From assembly GCA_964403585.1 (NCBI GenBank), contig CAYOFQ010000001.1:204456-268455 (forward strand): a stretch of DNA of 64,000 nt, read 5' to 3'. The translations under genes and the position numbers were made by a program. The stretch is from an uncultured Gammaproteobacteria bacterium. Lineage in GTDB: Bacteria > Patescibacteriota > Microgenomatia > JALYQM01. Every line of letters starts with the position of its first letter. Within the stretch, counting starts at the first letter, position 1. Positions 46,774 through 56,363 of the stretch are shown one piece after another. The notes beneath the pieces were generated by a model. It made no database searches. It was not told where the DNA came from and worked only from the letters and a program-made list of their open reading frames with translations.

Positions 46774-47889
46774 ATGAACATTCTCTGGTTATCATGGAAA
46801 GATCCTACTCACCACGACGCCGGCGGCGCTGAAATTTCGGGTGAACAGCACGCTATTGCCTGGACCAGAGCCGGTCACCATGTCCACTGGGTAAGCATTA
46901 ATTATCCGGGCAGTCAGTCTACGGTAGTCAAAGATGGCGTCGAGTACGAACACGTCGGCCAAAAATGGATGTGGTTTCTGGGGCTTATTCATCTTTTTTT
47001 CTGGTTTAAATGGGTAACACACTGGAAGAATCGGTATGACCTGATTGTGGATGAAATACACGGGCCACCACTCCTGACGCCATTATATATTCGAAAACCC
47101 AAACTGGTAATTATTCACGAAGTGGCGGGAGATATCTGGAAAAAAACAGTGCCGTTCCCGATAAGCTGGATAATGCAATATTGTGTCGAGCCGCTTTTCT
47201 TTAAAGCGTACACAGATGTTCCCATCATCGCCGGTGCACAAACGACAATTGACGACCTTAAAAAAATAGGCATACCTGAGCAAAATATTCATTTCATCCC
47301 GTACGGGGTTACTATCCCGCAACAGAAGCAAACCTTTCCGAAGGAAACACAACCTACGCTTGTATTCCTCAGCCAGCTCCGTCCGATGAAAGGCTTTGAT
47401 CGTGTCTACGAGGGATTTAAAAAAATACAGCAAACTATTCCTGATGTTAAGTTATGGGTGGTAGGCGACGATAGTCTTCCGTATGGCCAGGAAATGAGAC
47501 AAAAAGTACTTTCAGAGCAAAAAAATGAGAACGTAACATTTTTTGGGAAAGTAAGTCAGGAGAAAAAATTCGAGTTGTTACAGCGTGCCCACGTTTTAGT
47601 GCACGGTTCATATAAAGAGGGCTGGGGGCTGGTGGTTATCGAAGCCAACGCAGTAGGCACTCCATCGGTTGTGTATGACGCTGCCGGGCTGCGCAACAGT
47701 GTGCACCACGCAGTCACCGGGTACATTGCCAAAAATACCGAGGAGTTCGCTCAGTATGGTATACTGCTCCTCGGTAATCAAACCACTTATGAGCAATTTC
47801 AACAGCACGCGAAAGAGTGGAGTGCTCAGTTCTCCTGGGAATCTGCCACCAGAGCTTCGCTCGAATGTATTGCCCAAATCACCAACTAA
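46774..47889 (+). CDS. glycosyltransferase family 4
   Basis: EGWGLVVIEANAVGTPSVVYDAAGLRNSV EX7E motif; start at Met 46774, 2 nt after the upstream stop. Confidence 0.65.
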   Translation: MNILWLSWKDPTHHDAGGAEISGEQHAIAWTRAGHHVHWVSINYPGSQSTVVKDGVEYEHVGQKWMWFLGLIHLFFWFKWVTHWKNRYDLIVDEIHGPPLLTPLYIRKPKLVIIHEVAGDIWKKTVPFPISWIMQYCVEPLFFKAYTDVPIIAGAQTTIDDLKKIGIPEQNIHFIPYGVTIPQQKQTFPKETQPTLVFLSQLRPMKGFDRVYEGFKKIQQTIPDVKLWVVGDDSLPYGQEMRQKVLSEQKNENVTFFGKVSQEKKFELLQRAHVLVHGSYKEGWGLVVIEANAVGTPSVVYDAAGLRNSVHHAVTGYIAKNTEEFAQYGILLLGNQTTYEQFQQHAKEWSAQFSWESATRASLECIAQITN

Positions 47890-47952
47890 CTATTCCATCT
47901 TTTCAAAAAAATATAGTATGCTATTTCTACAAGTATAGGCTATAGAACCACT

Positions 47953-50844
47953 ATGTTATTTAAACTTCGCGCATATAAGCACTATTTGTTTATTGTCCTC
48001 GCACTGGTCATGATGGGAGGATCTACACCGGCATCAGCCCAGGGGTCAATGACTGCTGAAAACCACGGTGAAGTCCGGATGTTTACGACCGTCCGCATCT
48101 TAAAAAACAATGCTCCGTTGCCAAAAGCCGATGTGGCTTTTGCCAATCAAAGCCGCACTACCGATCAACAGGGCTTTGCGACATTTGAAGACATTCATAC
48201 GGGGCAGTATCCGGTTAAGGTTTACTATAATGGCATTACCTATGATAACTCAATCAAAGTTCAAAATGCGCCATTAACAATTGATGTGTCCAAGAACGGT
48301 CCGTTTTCCCTGGATTCCGGACTGATGATGTTGTCTATACTTATCGCGGCTGCATTAATCATCGCTCTGGCAATTTATAACAATAATCAGGCCAAGCGTG
48401 CGAGTATTCAACCACAAACCAGCACCCGCAAATTAGCCTTTGGTGCACTGGTTTTTGTCCTGGTCTTAGCATTCATCATTACTATTGCAACGTACCAGAA
48501 CAACATCATCGCCGCATTATTTAATGCCAATAATGCCAATCAATCACTCGCCGCTGAACTGGACACAATTCCCAAGCCAACCAACGTTAAAATCTATGGC
48601 GATGACCGGGTGGCAACCGTAACCTGGACACCCGTGTCCGGTAGCAATGTGGTTGGATACGTTGTCAAATGGGGCAAAGAGAGTATTGGATCCTTTACCG
48701 ATATGAAACAAACGATCCACCCGATCACGCAAATCCAGCCACTGGAAAATGGCGTTAAATACATCGTCCAGGTCCAGTCGGTGCAAGGCAGCTATACCTA
48801 CAAACCAACCAGTAGTGAGCAGGGAGGCAATGATAAATTCGCTACTGCTAACGGCAACGTTTCCTTGCCGGTTGTCGCTAGCGTTATACCGACCAGTCAA
48901 CGCGTCGATTCTATGCGCAAAAGGCTCACCGGATTTTTTGACGATATGAACATCTCTGCCGGCGGTTTTGATGAAACGAAATGGAACCATGCCGTCAATG
49001 CCTGCGTCGCCGTTGGAGAGGACGGACAGTTTATAAATAGCCAACTACACGGACATAATATGACAGCCTCCGGGTTTTGTGACCGGGGTGGTACCGTATC
49101 GCGGGCGCGGGGAGTATTCGACATCACCGGACGCACCGAAGCCGATCCTGGAGTAATTGAATTTGATATCGACGGTGTATCACAACCGCGCGATGTCTGG
49201 TACATCGACCTTATTCCGACCGATGCCCGCAAAAACGGCATCCCGGTTGACGTAACCAGTCACAATGACCTTTTTGACGCCGATAGCGCCGATCCCGGGA
49301 GAATGATTCGTATCGCGCAATTACAAAACGGCACCGCCTCGTTAAATTTTCATTACTTTGGAGTAACTAATCAACCGGGGTCATTTGGATCGGCCAATCT
49401 CAATGTTAATATGGCGACTAAAACTCCCGGTTATGAATTTATGTCACCGGTAAACTTTCCCGTAGATACCGTTATTCCGAACGTCCGCCGGCACTGGAGA
49501 ATTGAATATTCACCAACCAAGTTAAAGGTATATATCGATGCCGTTAAAGTTGGCGAAGGAACAGTTCCGTCACTATTTGCCACTATTAAAAAATATCATG
49601 TACATTCAACACTTTTCTCGTACAATACGGGTAAACAATTCGACACGGTCGGCCCAACCACATCAATGTTGCACTGGGATAATTTTGGATTCAACGGCCC
49701 GGCACCAACGCTCGTTACTCACAATTATCTTGATGGTGGACCAACCGGCACAACGCCATTATTGGCCAGAGGAACCAAATCTGCACCCATCCCAACCGGC
49801 AACCGGACAACCAAAATTCCAATCCCTGATCCGATCGGAACTCCGGTAGGTAAAGTCCGCTTAATGTATACAGCACAACCATTCGGCTATAGTTATTATT
49901 ACTGGAATGTAAATAATTCAATTACGGTGAATGGTAAAAAATACAGTGTGCCGGATCCCCAACAGAATATACAGACGAGCGTATCTAAGGATAACGTCTC
50001 CATGACTAATATTCCGCACGCCACCGGTATTTATATTGAACCTGCCGACATCAAACAGGGGATGAATGAAATATCCTTCAACCTTAACACCGATATTCTA
50101 AACGTTCATCTCGAAGTGGACTATGAAAATAACAACGCACCGAACTATACGCAACCCAAAGATGTTTTTGCGAACTTCACCGGCTACGTTACACCACCGA
50201 TGAATGCTAACGATGCCTACTGGTTTGTTGAGCAAAAGATGGGCTTAGAAAATTTAGCAAACCCCGGAGCCTCACTGCCTCCAACTCCATCAACGACACC
50301 TGCCGCATCAGGCACTCCTCAGGCGACTCAGACACCAAGTCCATCTCCAAGCAGAACTCCGAGCCCAATACCGGCTACAGACACGCCTGCTCCAATAGTA
50401 GCTTCAACCCCAACACCTTCACCACTCTCCAGCAGTAGCACTGGGTCTGTCCTGACTATTTATGCTGCCGGAACTCCGGCTCGCGGAATCTATCCAACCT
50501 TAGTATTGAATATTAATAACAATGGTACGCGGACCAACGTTGCAACCTTTACCAACGTCAACGGCAATCCGAATTCCGGTCAATTCAACACCTTTACTTA
50601 TAAATCAAATACAGAACTCGTACCAGGCCAGATCCGGGTACGATTTACCAACGATTATTACAATCCCCAAACCGGTGAAGATCGTAATGTCCGGATTAAC
50701 AAGATCAGTATCGACGGTCAGGAGTATCTTAGCTCTACGCCTTCAGTTTATTCAACCGGTACCTGGGCGGCTTCCAACGGGTGTGCAGCCGGATATAAGC
50801 AGTCGGATTGGCTGATGTGTAACGGGTACTTTCAGTATAAGTAG
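47953..50844 (+). CDS. large cell-surface protein (signal peptide, CarboxypepD_reg-like domain, 2 TM segments, FN3 domain, Pro/Thr/Ser-rich linker, C-terminal CBM-like domain)
   Basis: Signal peptide MLFKLRAYKHYLFIVLALVMMGGSTPASAQGS; FN3 region PTNVKIYGDDRVATVTWTPVSGSNVVGYVVKW; low-complexity PPTPSTTPAASGTPQATQTPSPSPSRTPSPIPATDTPAPIVASTPTPSP; C-terminal beta-sandwich-like GQIRVRFTNDYYN...RNVRINKISIDGQEY. Confidence 0.55.
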   Translation: MLFKLRAYKHYLFIVLALVMMGGSTPASAQGSMTAENHGEVRMFTTVRILKNNAPLPKADVAFANQSRTTDQQGFATFEDIHTGQYPVKVYYNGITYDNSIKVQNAPLTIDVSKNGPFSLDSGLMMLSILIAAALIIALAIYNNNQAKRASIQPQTSTRKLAFGALVFVLVLAFIITIATYQNNIIAALFNANNANQSLAAELDTIPKPTNVKIYGDDRVATVTWTPVSGSNVVGYVVKWGKESIGSFTDMKQTIHPITQIQPLENGVKYIVQVQSVQGSYTYKPTSSEQGGNDKFATANGNVSLPVVASVIPTSQRVDSMRKRLTGFFDDMNISAGGFDETKWNHAVNACVAVGEDGQFINSQLHGHNMTASGFCDRGGTVSRARGVFDITGRTEADPGVIEFDIDGVSQPRDVWYIDLIPTDARKNGIPVDVTSHNDLFDADSADPGRMIRIAQLQNGTASLNFHYFGVTNQPGSFGSANLNVNMATKTPGYEFMSPVNFPVDTVIPNVRRHWRIEYSPTKLKVYIDAVKVGEGTVPSLFATIKKYHVHSTLFSYNTGKQFDTVGPTTSMLHWDNFGFNGPAPTLVTHNYLDGGPTGTTPLLARGTKSAPIPTGNRTTKIPIPDPIGTPVGKVRLMYTAQPFGYSYYYWNVNNSITVNGKKYSVPDPQQNIQTSVSKDNVSMTNIPHATGIYIEPADIKQGMNEISFNLNTDILNVHLEVDYENNNAPNYTQPKDVFANFTGYVTPPMNANDAYWFVEQKMGLENLANPGASLPPTPSTTPAASGTPQATQTPSPSPSRTPSPIPATDTPAPIVASTPTPSPLSSSSTGSVLTIYAAGTPARGIYPTLVLNINNNGTRTNVATFTNVNGNPNSGQFNTFTYKSNTELVPGQIRVRFTNDYYNPQTGEDRNVRINKISIDGQEYLSSTPSVYSTGTWAASNGCAAGYKQSDWLMCNGYFQYK

Positions 50845-50846
50845 TG

Positions 50847-51605
50847 TTATAACTTTCCCTTTTTACTCCAGTAGTGGGTATGAGCAAGCGAGAATGCACC
50901 GTCAACGGTGAGTGTTTGACCAGTTATATATTTAGCCTTATCACTGGCCAGGAAGACCATCGCTTCACCAATATCTTGGGGTGTTCCCAAATGCCCAACC
51001 GGCACGTGCGCAGACTTTCTATCCTGCAGTGCCCAGATATCTATTGCTCCTGGTGCCACTGCATTCACACGGATACCGAATTCAGCCAATTCTAGAGCAG
51101 TCTCCCGGACAAACATTTCTAATGCGGCCTTAGAAGAAGAATATGCCGGACGCATCATTGTAATTCGTGCATGCGTGGAAGACGTAAACAGAATCGATCC
51201 GGGTTTCTTGCGGGCAATCATTTCCCGCGCTGTTCGCTGCGAAAGAAAATACGGCCCAAGCACATTAGTCAGAAAAATCTTTTGCACATCGGAATAGGTA
51301 GCATCAAGGAGCGACGTATCCTGAAAATACCCGGCATTATTAACGAGAATATCCAGTGACGAGTATTTCTCCAGGATCCGGTCAACCAGCAGATCATTTT
51401 GTTCCTGGGAACTGATATCGGATTTCATTGCCACACAATCGAGTCCCTGTTTAATAAATTCACGCTCTGTTTTAAGCAGGTTTTCAGAGTCAATGTCACA
51501 TAAAACTACGGTTGCCCCGGCCTGAGCCATTTCCAGCGCAATGCCACGTCCAATTCCTTTCGCCGCACCGGTAATCAGAGCTATTTTTTGTGCAAGTTCT
51601 TTCAT
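50847..51605 (-). CDS. SDR family oxidoreductase
   Basis: IALITGAAKGIGRGIA Rossmann motif; NNAG; YSSSKAA catalytic motif. Confidence 0.7.
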   Translation of the reverse strand: MKELAQKIALITGAAKGIGRGIALEMAQAGATVVLCDIDSENLLKTEREFIKQGLDCVAMKSDISSQEQNDLLVDRILEKYSSLDILVNNAGYFQDTSLLDATYSDVQKIFLTNVLGPYFLSQRTAREMIARKKPGSILFTSSTHARITMMRPAYSSSKAALEMFVRETALELAEFGIRVNAVAPGAIDIWALQDRKSAHVPVGHLGTPQDIGEAMVFLASDKAKYITGQTLTVDGAFSLAHTHYWSKKGKL

Positions 51606-51652
51606 AAAGTCATTCTAACACATACATAGCAACAATGATAAAATAATAGCCA

Positions 51653-52699
51653 ATGATGACCTTTTCCATAATCATTCCCACACTCAATGCCAAACGAACA
51701 CTGGAAGAATGCCTGCAGCATCTTACTCAACAGAACTATCCGAAAGAACAATTTGAAATAATTAGCGCCGACGGCGGATCAACCGACGGAACTTTAGAAA
51801 TATTGCAAAAATATAATGTCAAAATTATCTCCAATCCGCTAAAGACCGGCGAGGCGGGTAAAATGGCCGGATTAAAGGCTGCGCAAGGGAAGTTCGTCGT
51901 TTTTCTCGATTCTGACAACATTTTAGTTGACCGGGATTGGCTAACTAAAATCGAAAAACCGTTTGAAGATCCGGATATTGTAGCATCCGAGTCACTTTAT
52001 TTTGTGTGCCGGAAAACAGACAACGCTCTAACCAGATACTTCGCTCACTTAGGTATGGGCGATCCAATTAATCTTTTTTTAAAAAACTACGACCATATTT
52101 CTGCCATTACCAACACCTGGACATCACTGAATATCCCTGCGGAACAGAAATCCGGGTATCTGAAAATACAATTAATTAAAGATCAGCCACTTCCTACAGT
52201 TGGGGCTAACGGTTTTGCGGTCCGTCGGGACTTACTTGCTCCGCTATTAAAGGATGATTATCTTTTTGACGTTGATGTAATTAAATTACTCATGAATACA
52301 AACAATAAATCATGTGTCATGGCCAAAGTGGACACCGGACTGGTGCACTTGTTTTCACCAGACATCAAAACATTTATCCGCAAACAACAACGAAGAATAC
52401 GTGATTATTTATATTATCAGGCCAAAAACTTACGGGTTTCCCAGCCAACCAATAATATTCTCATGCGCGTACTGTATCCGGGAGGTCCAACCTTTACCTG
52501 GTTGTTGGTTTTCATGGCTGCCTGCATTACCGTAATTCCGCTTATTGTACAGGCACTTATCGGTTTTGTGCGCAAACCGGATTGGGTATGGATACTGCAT
52601 CCATTGCTGTGCGAAATAACGCTCTTTGTGTATACAACCGAGCGGCTTAAAAGTTTTTTCAAAAAAGGCATTTATGATCGGTCAAAATGGAGTCAGTGA
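51653..52699 (+). CDS. glycosyltransferase family 2 with C-terminal TM region
   Basis: FSIIIPTLNAKRTL...IISADGGSTDGT...VVFLDSDN GT2 motifs; hydrophobic C-terminus. Confidence 0.65.
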   Translation: MMTFSIIIPTLNAKRTLEECLQHLTQQNYPKEQFEIISADGGSTDGTLEILQKYNVKIISNPLKTGEAGKMAGLKAAQGKFVVFLDSDNILVDRDWLTKIEKPFEDPDIVASESLYFVCRKTDNALTRYFAHLGMGDPINLFLKNYDHISAITNTWTSLNIPAEQKSGYLKIQLIKDQPLPTVGANGFAVRRDLLAPLLKDDYLFDVDVIKLLMNTNNKSCVMAKVDTGLVHLFSPDIKTFIRKQQRRIRDYLYYQAKNLRVSQPTNNILMRVLYPGGPTFTWLLVFMAACITVIPLIVQALIGFVRKPDWVWILHPLLCEITLFVYTTERLKSFFKKGIYDRSKWSQ

Positions 52700-52733
52700 A
52701 GTAATTCTATAATTGTCTGCCAAAGGAGTTCAA

Positions 52734-53459
52734 ATGTTTAGTTACGAACAAGTATTCAAAAATAAACAACGTGTTGTTTTCTTTATGGCGCACCCCGACG
52801 ATGTTGTGGTATTTTACGGGGCACTGATCAATAAACTCCGCCGGGACAAAAAAGACGTCTACGTGGTAACCGTAACCAATGGCGCCCGTGGCAGCCGCGA
52901 TAACGAAGTTACCGAAAACGATTTGGCTAAGGAGCGAATCGAAGAAGAAGTCAGCGCACTTGAATATCTCAACGTTCCCAAAGAGAACTTTATCTGCTTA
53001 AATTTCAAAGACGGCGAAGTCGAAAGCAATTACGCTCTCATTGGGGAAATCGCCCGGTATATCCGTAAATATAAAGCTGATGTTGTGTGTACACACGAAC
53101 CAACAATCATATACACCGAGACATACGCCAAGGACGGTTTCTTTGTCCAACACCGTGACCATCGGAAAGTTGCCGAAGCCGTAGTCGATGCGGCGTATCC
53201 GTTCTCGCGTGACCGGTCCTTTTTCCCGGAACACGCCAAAGAGGGAATTGAGCCGCATACAGTTATGGACATCATTATGACTGATGAAGCGGGGAGTAAC
53301 TTCGAAATTGACTACACCGACGATGTTGAAACCAAGCGCCGGGCACTTCTATTACATAAAAGCCAAATGAATGAAGAGTTTGTGAATGAAGTGCTTGATG
53401 CAGTAAAATTTGAAGATCGCTATCTGGAAAAATATTATTACGTTAATCTTTTATGGTAA
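52734..53459 (+). CDS. PIG-L/LmbE family N-acetylglucosaminyl deacetylase
   Basis: VVFFMAHPDDVVVFYGALI is the metal-binding HPDD motif of PIG-L/MshB/BshB-like deacetylases; AAAGGAG RBS. Confidence 0.7.
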   Translation: MFSYEQVFKNKQRVVFFMAHPDDVVVFYGALINKLRRDKKDVYVVTVTNGARGSRDNEVTENDLAKERIEEEVSALEYLNVPKENFICLNFKDGEVESNYALIGEIARYIRKYKADVVCTHEPTIIYTETYAKDGFFVQHRDHRKVAEAVVDAAYPFSRDRSFFPEHAKEGIEPHTVMDIIMTDEAGSNFEIDYTDDVETKRRALLLHKSQMNEEFVNEVLDAVKFEDRYLEKYYYVNLLW

Positions 53460-53464
53460 TAACT

Positions 53465-53836
53465 ATGTCAAACAATAATAAAATCTCTACCGGGAATGCC
53501 TTAGTAGAAGGACAGGATCGACGAGGCTGGTATGTTGGAGCTTTCATTGAGCCTGAGGGAGCACTACAGCACAACGCCGATGTCGAAATCAAATGGGGAA
53601 TACACCCCAAAGATGAGCAGCGCTCGAGCAAGGCCGGAGAAGGCAATGCGACCACAATGTCGGTTCTTATTAGAGGAAAGTTTGGGATTACCTTTAAAGA
53701 TCAGGAAGAAATTGTACTGGAAAAAGAAGGCGATTATGCCATTTGGAATCCTAATATCCCGCATGAAACTATAGCCTATGACAATTCGGTAATTTTAACA
53801 GTTCGGTGGCCGTCACTTTCAGCCGCAAAAAACTAA
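53465..53836 (+). CDS. small cupin-like protein
   Basis: 123 aa, beta-rich sequence with H..H/E pattern; weak assignment. Confidence 0.3.
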   Translation: MSNNNKISTGNALVEGQDRRGWYVGAFIEPEGALQHNADVEIKWGIHPKDEQRSSKAGEGNATTMSVLIRGKFGITFKDQEEIVLEKEGDYAIWNPNIPHETIAYDNSVILTVRWPSLSAAKN

Positions 53837-53837
53837 T

Positions 53838-54704
53838 ATGACCTGGTTTCTACTTGCCATCTGCTCAGTCTTTGCACTCGCTCTTGGTGAGCTCATGCAG
53901 CAGCACCTCCTGCATTTTAAGAATCAGTTCAGCGAACGCACCAGTGCCGTGTTAACGTTTCTTTTTCAGTCACTACTTACCGCACCGGTCATTCTGTTTA
54001 GCCCTTTAAGAAGCCAACTCTTCGCTCTGTTCCAGCCGGGTCTGTTTCCGCGCGTTTTGATTGTAACCTTTATCGCGTCTATCGCCATGATTTTTTATCT
54101 GCGAAGTTTTAAGGTTAAAAATATCAGCATCTCGGCTATTTTCGTATCGTTTTCCACCGTTATCTCTACCAGTTTGGGAATCATCTTCTTTCACGAAAGT
54201 TTGGATCCCCCCAAGTTTCTTGGGATAGGGCTCATATTAGGAGCAATTATCAGTCTCAATCTAAAAAATATCCATTTGGAAAAAAATCATTTCTATGGAC
54301 TGCTAGCCGGAATAATGTTCGGTGTAACATACTCTCTGGATAAAAGTATTCTTATAACCGGAATCCACCCGCTTATCTATGTTTTCTGGGCATTTATGTT
54401 AGTTCCTGTATTCGGGTTCCTTTTTAGCATCAAGGAAGTTATAACTAATCTGCAGGGGAAGAAATTAACTGACTTTAAATCTATCTACATCTCCGGATTC
54501 GGCTATTTTATCTACAATCTCTGTACGTTTTTCGCCTATCGGCTGGGGGGAGAGGTTGGTCGAATTGATGCCATTAATAACTCCCAAATTTTTCTTATCA
54601 TTCTCTTTGAATACTTCATCCTGAAGCATCAGGATGCCTTGCTCAGAAAAATTGTTACCGCCGCCATCGCCTACACCGGAGTCGTTATTTTAGGGCTAAC
54701 CTAA
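53838..54704 (+). CDS. DMT superfamily (EamA-like) transporter
   Basis: 288 aa with 10 predicted TM helices in a 5+5 arrangement. Confidence 0.5.
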   Translation: MTWFLLAICSVFALALGELMQQHLLHFKNQFSERTSAVLTFLFQSLLTAPVILFSPLRSQLFALFQPGLFPRVLIVTFIASIAMIFYLRSFKVKNISISAIFVSFSTVISTSLGIIFFHESLDPPKFLGIGLILGAIISLNLKNIHLEKNHFYGLLAGIMFGVTYSLDKSILITGIHPLIYVFWAFMLVPVFGFLFSIKEVITNLQGKKLTDFKSIYISGFGYFIYNLCTFFAYRLGGEVGRIDAINNSQIFLIILFEYFILKHQDALLRKIVTAAIAYTGVVILGLT

Positions 54705-55433
54705 GTCCGAGAGATAAATAGTATCGCCCACCTTCACTGTACCTTCAAGAACAATACTGCAGTAAATACCAAAATTCTTGCCATGCTCCCTCACTAACGT
54801 TTTAAGAATTTCCGGATTCATTTCTCCTGTTTTGGGGTCCATATTAATCGTGGTACAGCGCTTATCTAATTTAACTGCCACGATGCGGGCACTGTCTTCA
54901 CGATCACCAAATGTCAAAATTTTTCCGAGCCATGATTCTTCTTCATACGGCGCATTAGATGCGGTTTCAACCAGAATATTCATCCGAAATCGTCTCGGAT
55001 CAACCGGCGCACTCAGTTTAGAACTTAATTCATTCAGTGAACCAAGGCTCAACAGGGACACCGGCATGCTATGGTAACCCCCACGCCCCATCCGCACGAC
55101 AGTAAGTTTGCGGCCGGATTTTTCCGAAATTTCGTGCAGCAATTCTTGACTGTCTGCGGGGTAATCATTGCCTTTCGGTGTCCGTACACGCAGTTCGGAA
55201 GTTTTTGGATCTTCAGGAGAAACCAGATACGGAGCATAGCCAAGTAGTCCGGGGTACTTAATCGTATCCAAGAACGTCGGGGTTTCATTTGTATCCAGAA
55301 TATCAAATTTACGGGTGCGGTCTCCGAGTACGGATACCGACTTTAATACAATCTCCGGTAGCTCCACCCCTTGCATGCCCTTAAAAGGATAGATAGTTGT
55401 CTGGGTAACAGTCCCTGCGGCTACTCGTGACAT
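54696..55433 (-). CDS. MOSC domain protein (YcbX-like)
   Basis: MOSC N-terminal beta-barrel-like IYPFKGMQGVELPEI and MOSC-like RFRMNILV...RCTTINMDPKTGE. Confidence 0.5.
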   Translation of the reverse strand: MSRVAAGTVTQTTIYPFKGMQGVELPEIVLKSVSVLGDRTRKFDILDTNETPTFLDTIKYPGLLGYAPYLVSPEDPKTSELRVRTPKGNDYPADSQELLHEISEKSGRKLTVVRMGRGGYHSMPVSLLSLGSLNELSSKLSAPVDPRRFRMNILVETASNAPYEEESWLGKILTFGDREDSARIVAVKLDKRCTTINMDPKTGEMNPEILKTLVREHGKNFGIYCSIVLEGTVKVGDTIYLSDLG

Positions 55434-55469
55434 GCTAAGAGTATACACTATAGCTGGTATAATAGGGGT

Positions 55470-56330
55470 ATGAACAAGTCTCAATTTTCTGAATTAACCG
55501 TCGGTCCGGTAGAATTAAACATCAATAACAGCGAGGTAATGAAAAAATTTTATACGCATATCCTGGGTTTTACGGTTCTCAGTGAAGATGGGAGCACGAT
55601 AAAATTAGGGAAAAATTCAATACACTTGCTGACCTTCCATCAAAATAAAACGCTAAAATCGGCGCATCCGACCGAAGCCGGCCTCTATCACTTTGCCATT
55701 CTATACGCCTCACGGGCAGAATTAGCACGAACTATTCAAAACGTCTTAAAAAATGCCCCACATCATTTTTCGGGATCGGGTGACCACCTCGTTTCCGAGG
55801 CTTTTTATTTTTATGACCCTGAAGGAAATGGCATTGAATTATATTTCGACCGGGATCGCTCAAAATGGCAATGGGAAAATAATCAGGTCAAAATGGCCGC
55901 GCTATACATTGACCCGGCCGAATATATCCATGCCAATATGGTCGTTGAGGACCAAAACACCACTGTCAAAATGGGCCACATCCACTTAAAAGTAGGTGAT
56001 ATTAAAAAAGCCAAAGCATTTTATGTAGATATTGTGGGCTTTGAAGTAACAGCACAGTTACCGGGAGCACTATTCATCTCAGTTGGAGGATATCATCACC
56101 ACATTGGCTTAAATACCTGGGAAAGCTATGCAGCTGAAGAACGTAATGAAACCTTAGGCTTAAAAAGCTATGACCTGATTATTCCCAATCAGACCGAGAT
56201 CGACCAGCTGATTGAGAGATTAAAAATAAATAAGATACCTTTTTCTACCGAAGACAAGTATATTACTTTTTACGATCCCTGGAAAAATCAAATACGAATT
56301 AAAGCCAATGAAAAAAATCGTAATTCCTAA
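55470..56330 (+). CDS. VOC family protein (two glyoxalase/bleomycin-resistance/dioxygenase domains)
   Basis: Two repeats of the paired beta-alpha-beta-beta-beta module (FYTHILGFTV...; FYVDIVGFEV...) with His/Glu metal ligands. Confidence 0.6.
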   Translation: MNKSQFSELTVGPVELNINNSEVMKKFYTHILGFTVLSEDGSTIKLGKNSIHLLTFHQNKTLKSAHPTEAGLYHFAILYASRAELARTIQNVLKNAPHHFSGSGDHLVSEAFYFYDPEGNGIELYFDRDRSKWQWENNQVKMAALYIDPAEYIHANMVVEDQNTTVKMGHIHLKVGDIKKAKAFYVDIVGFEVTAQLPGALFISVGGYHHHIGLNTWESYAAEERNETLGLKSYDLIIPNQTEIDQLIERLKINKIPFSTEDKYITFYDPWKNQIRIKANEKNRNS

Positions 56331-56363
56331 GCTCAGGCACGCCACTTTTTACTATACAAACAA

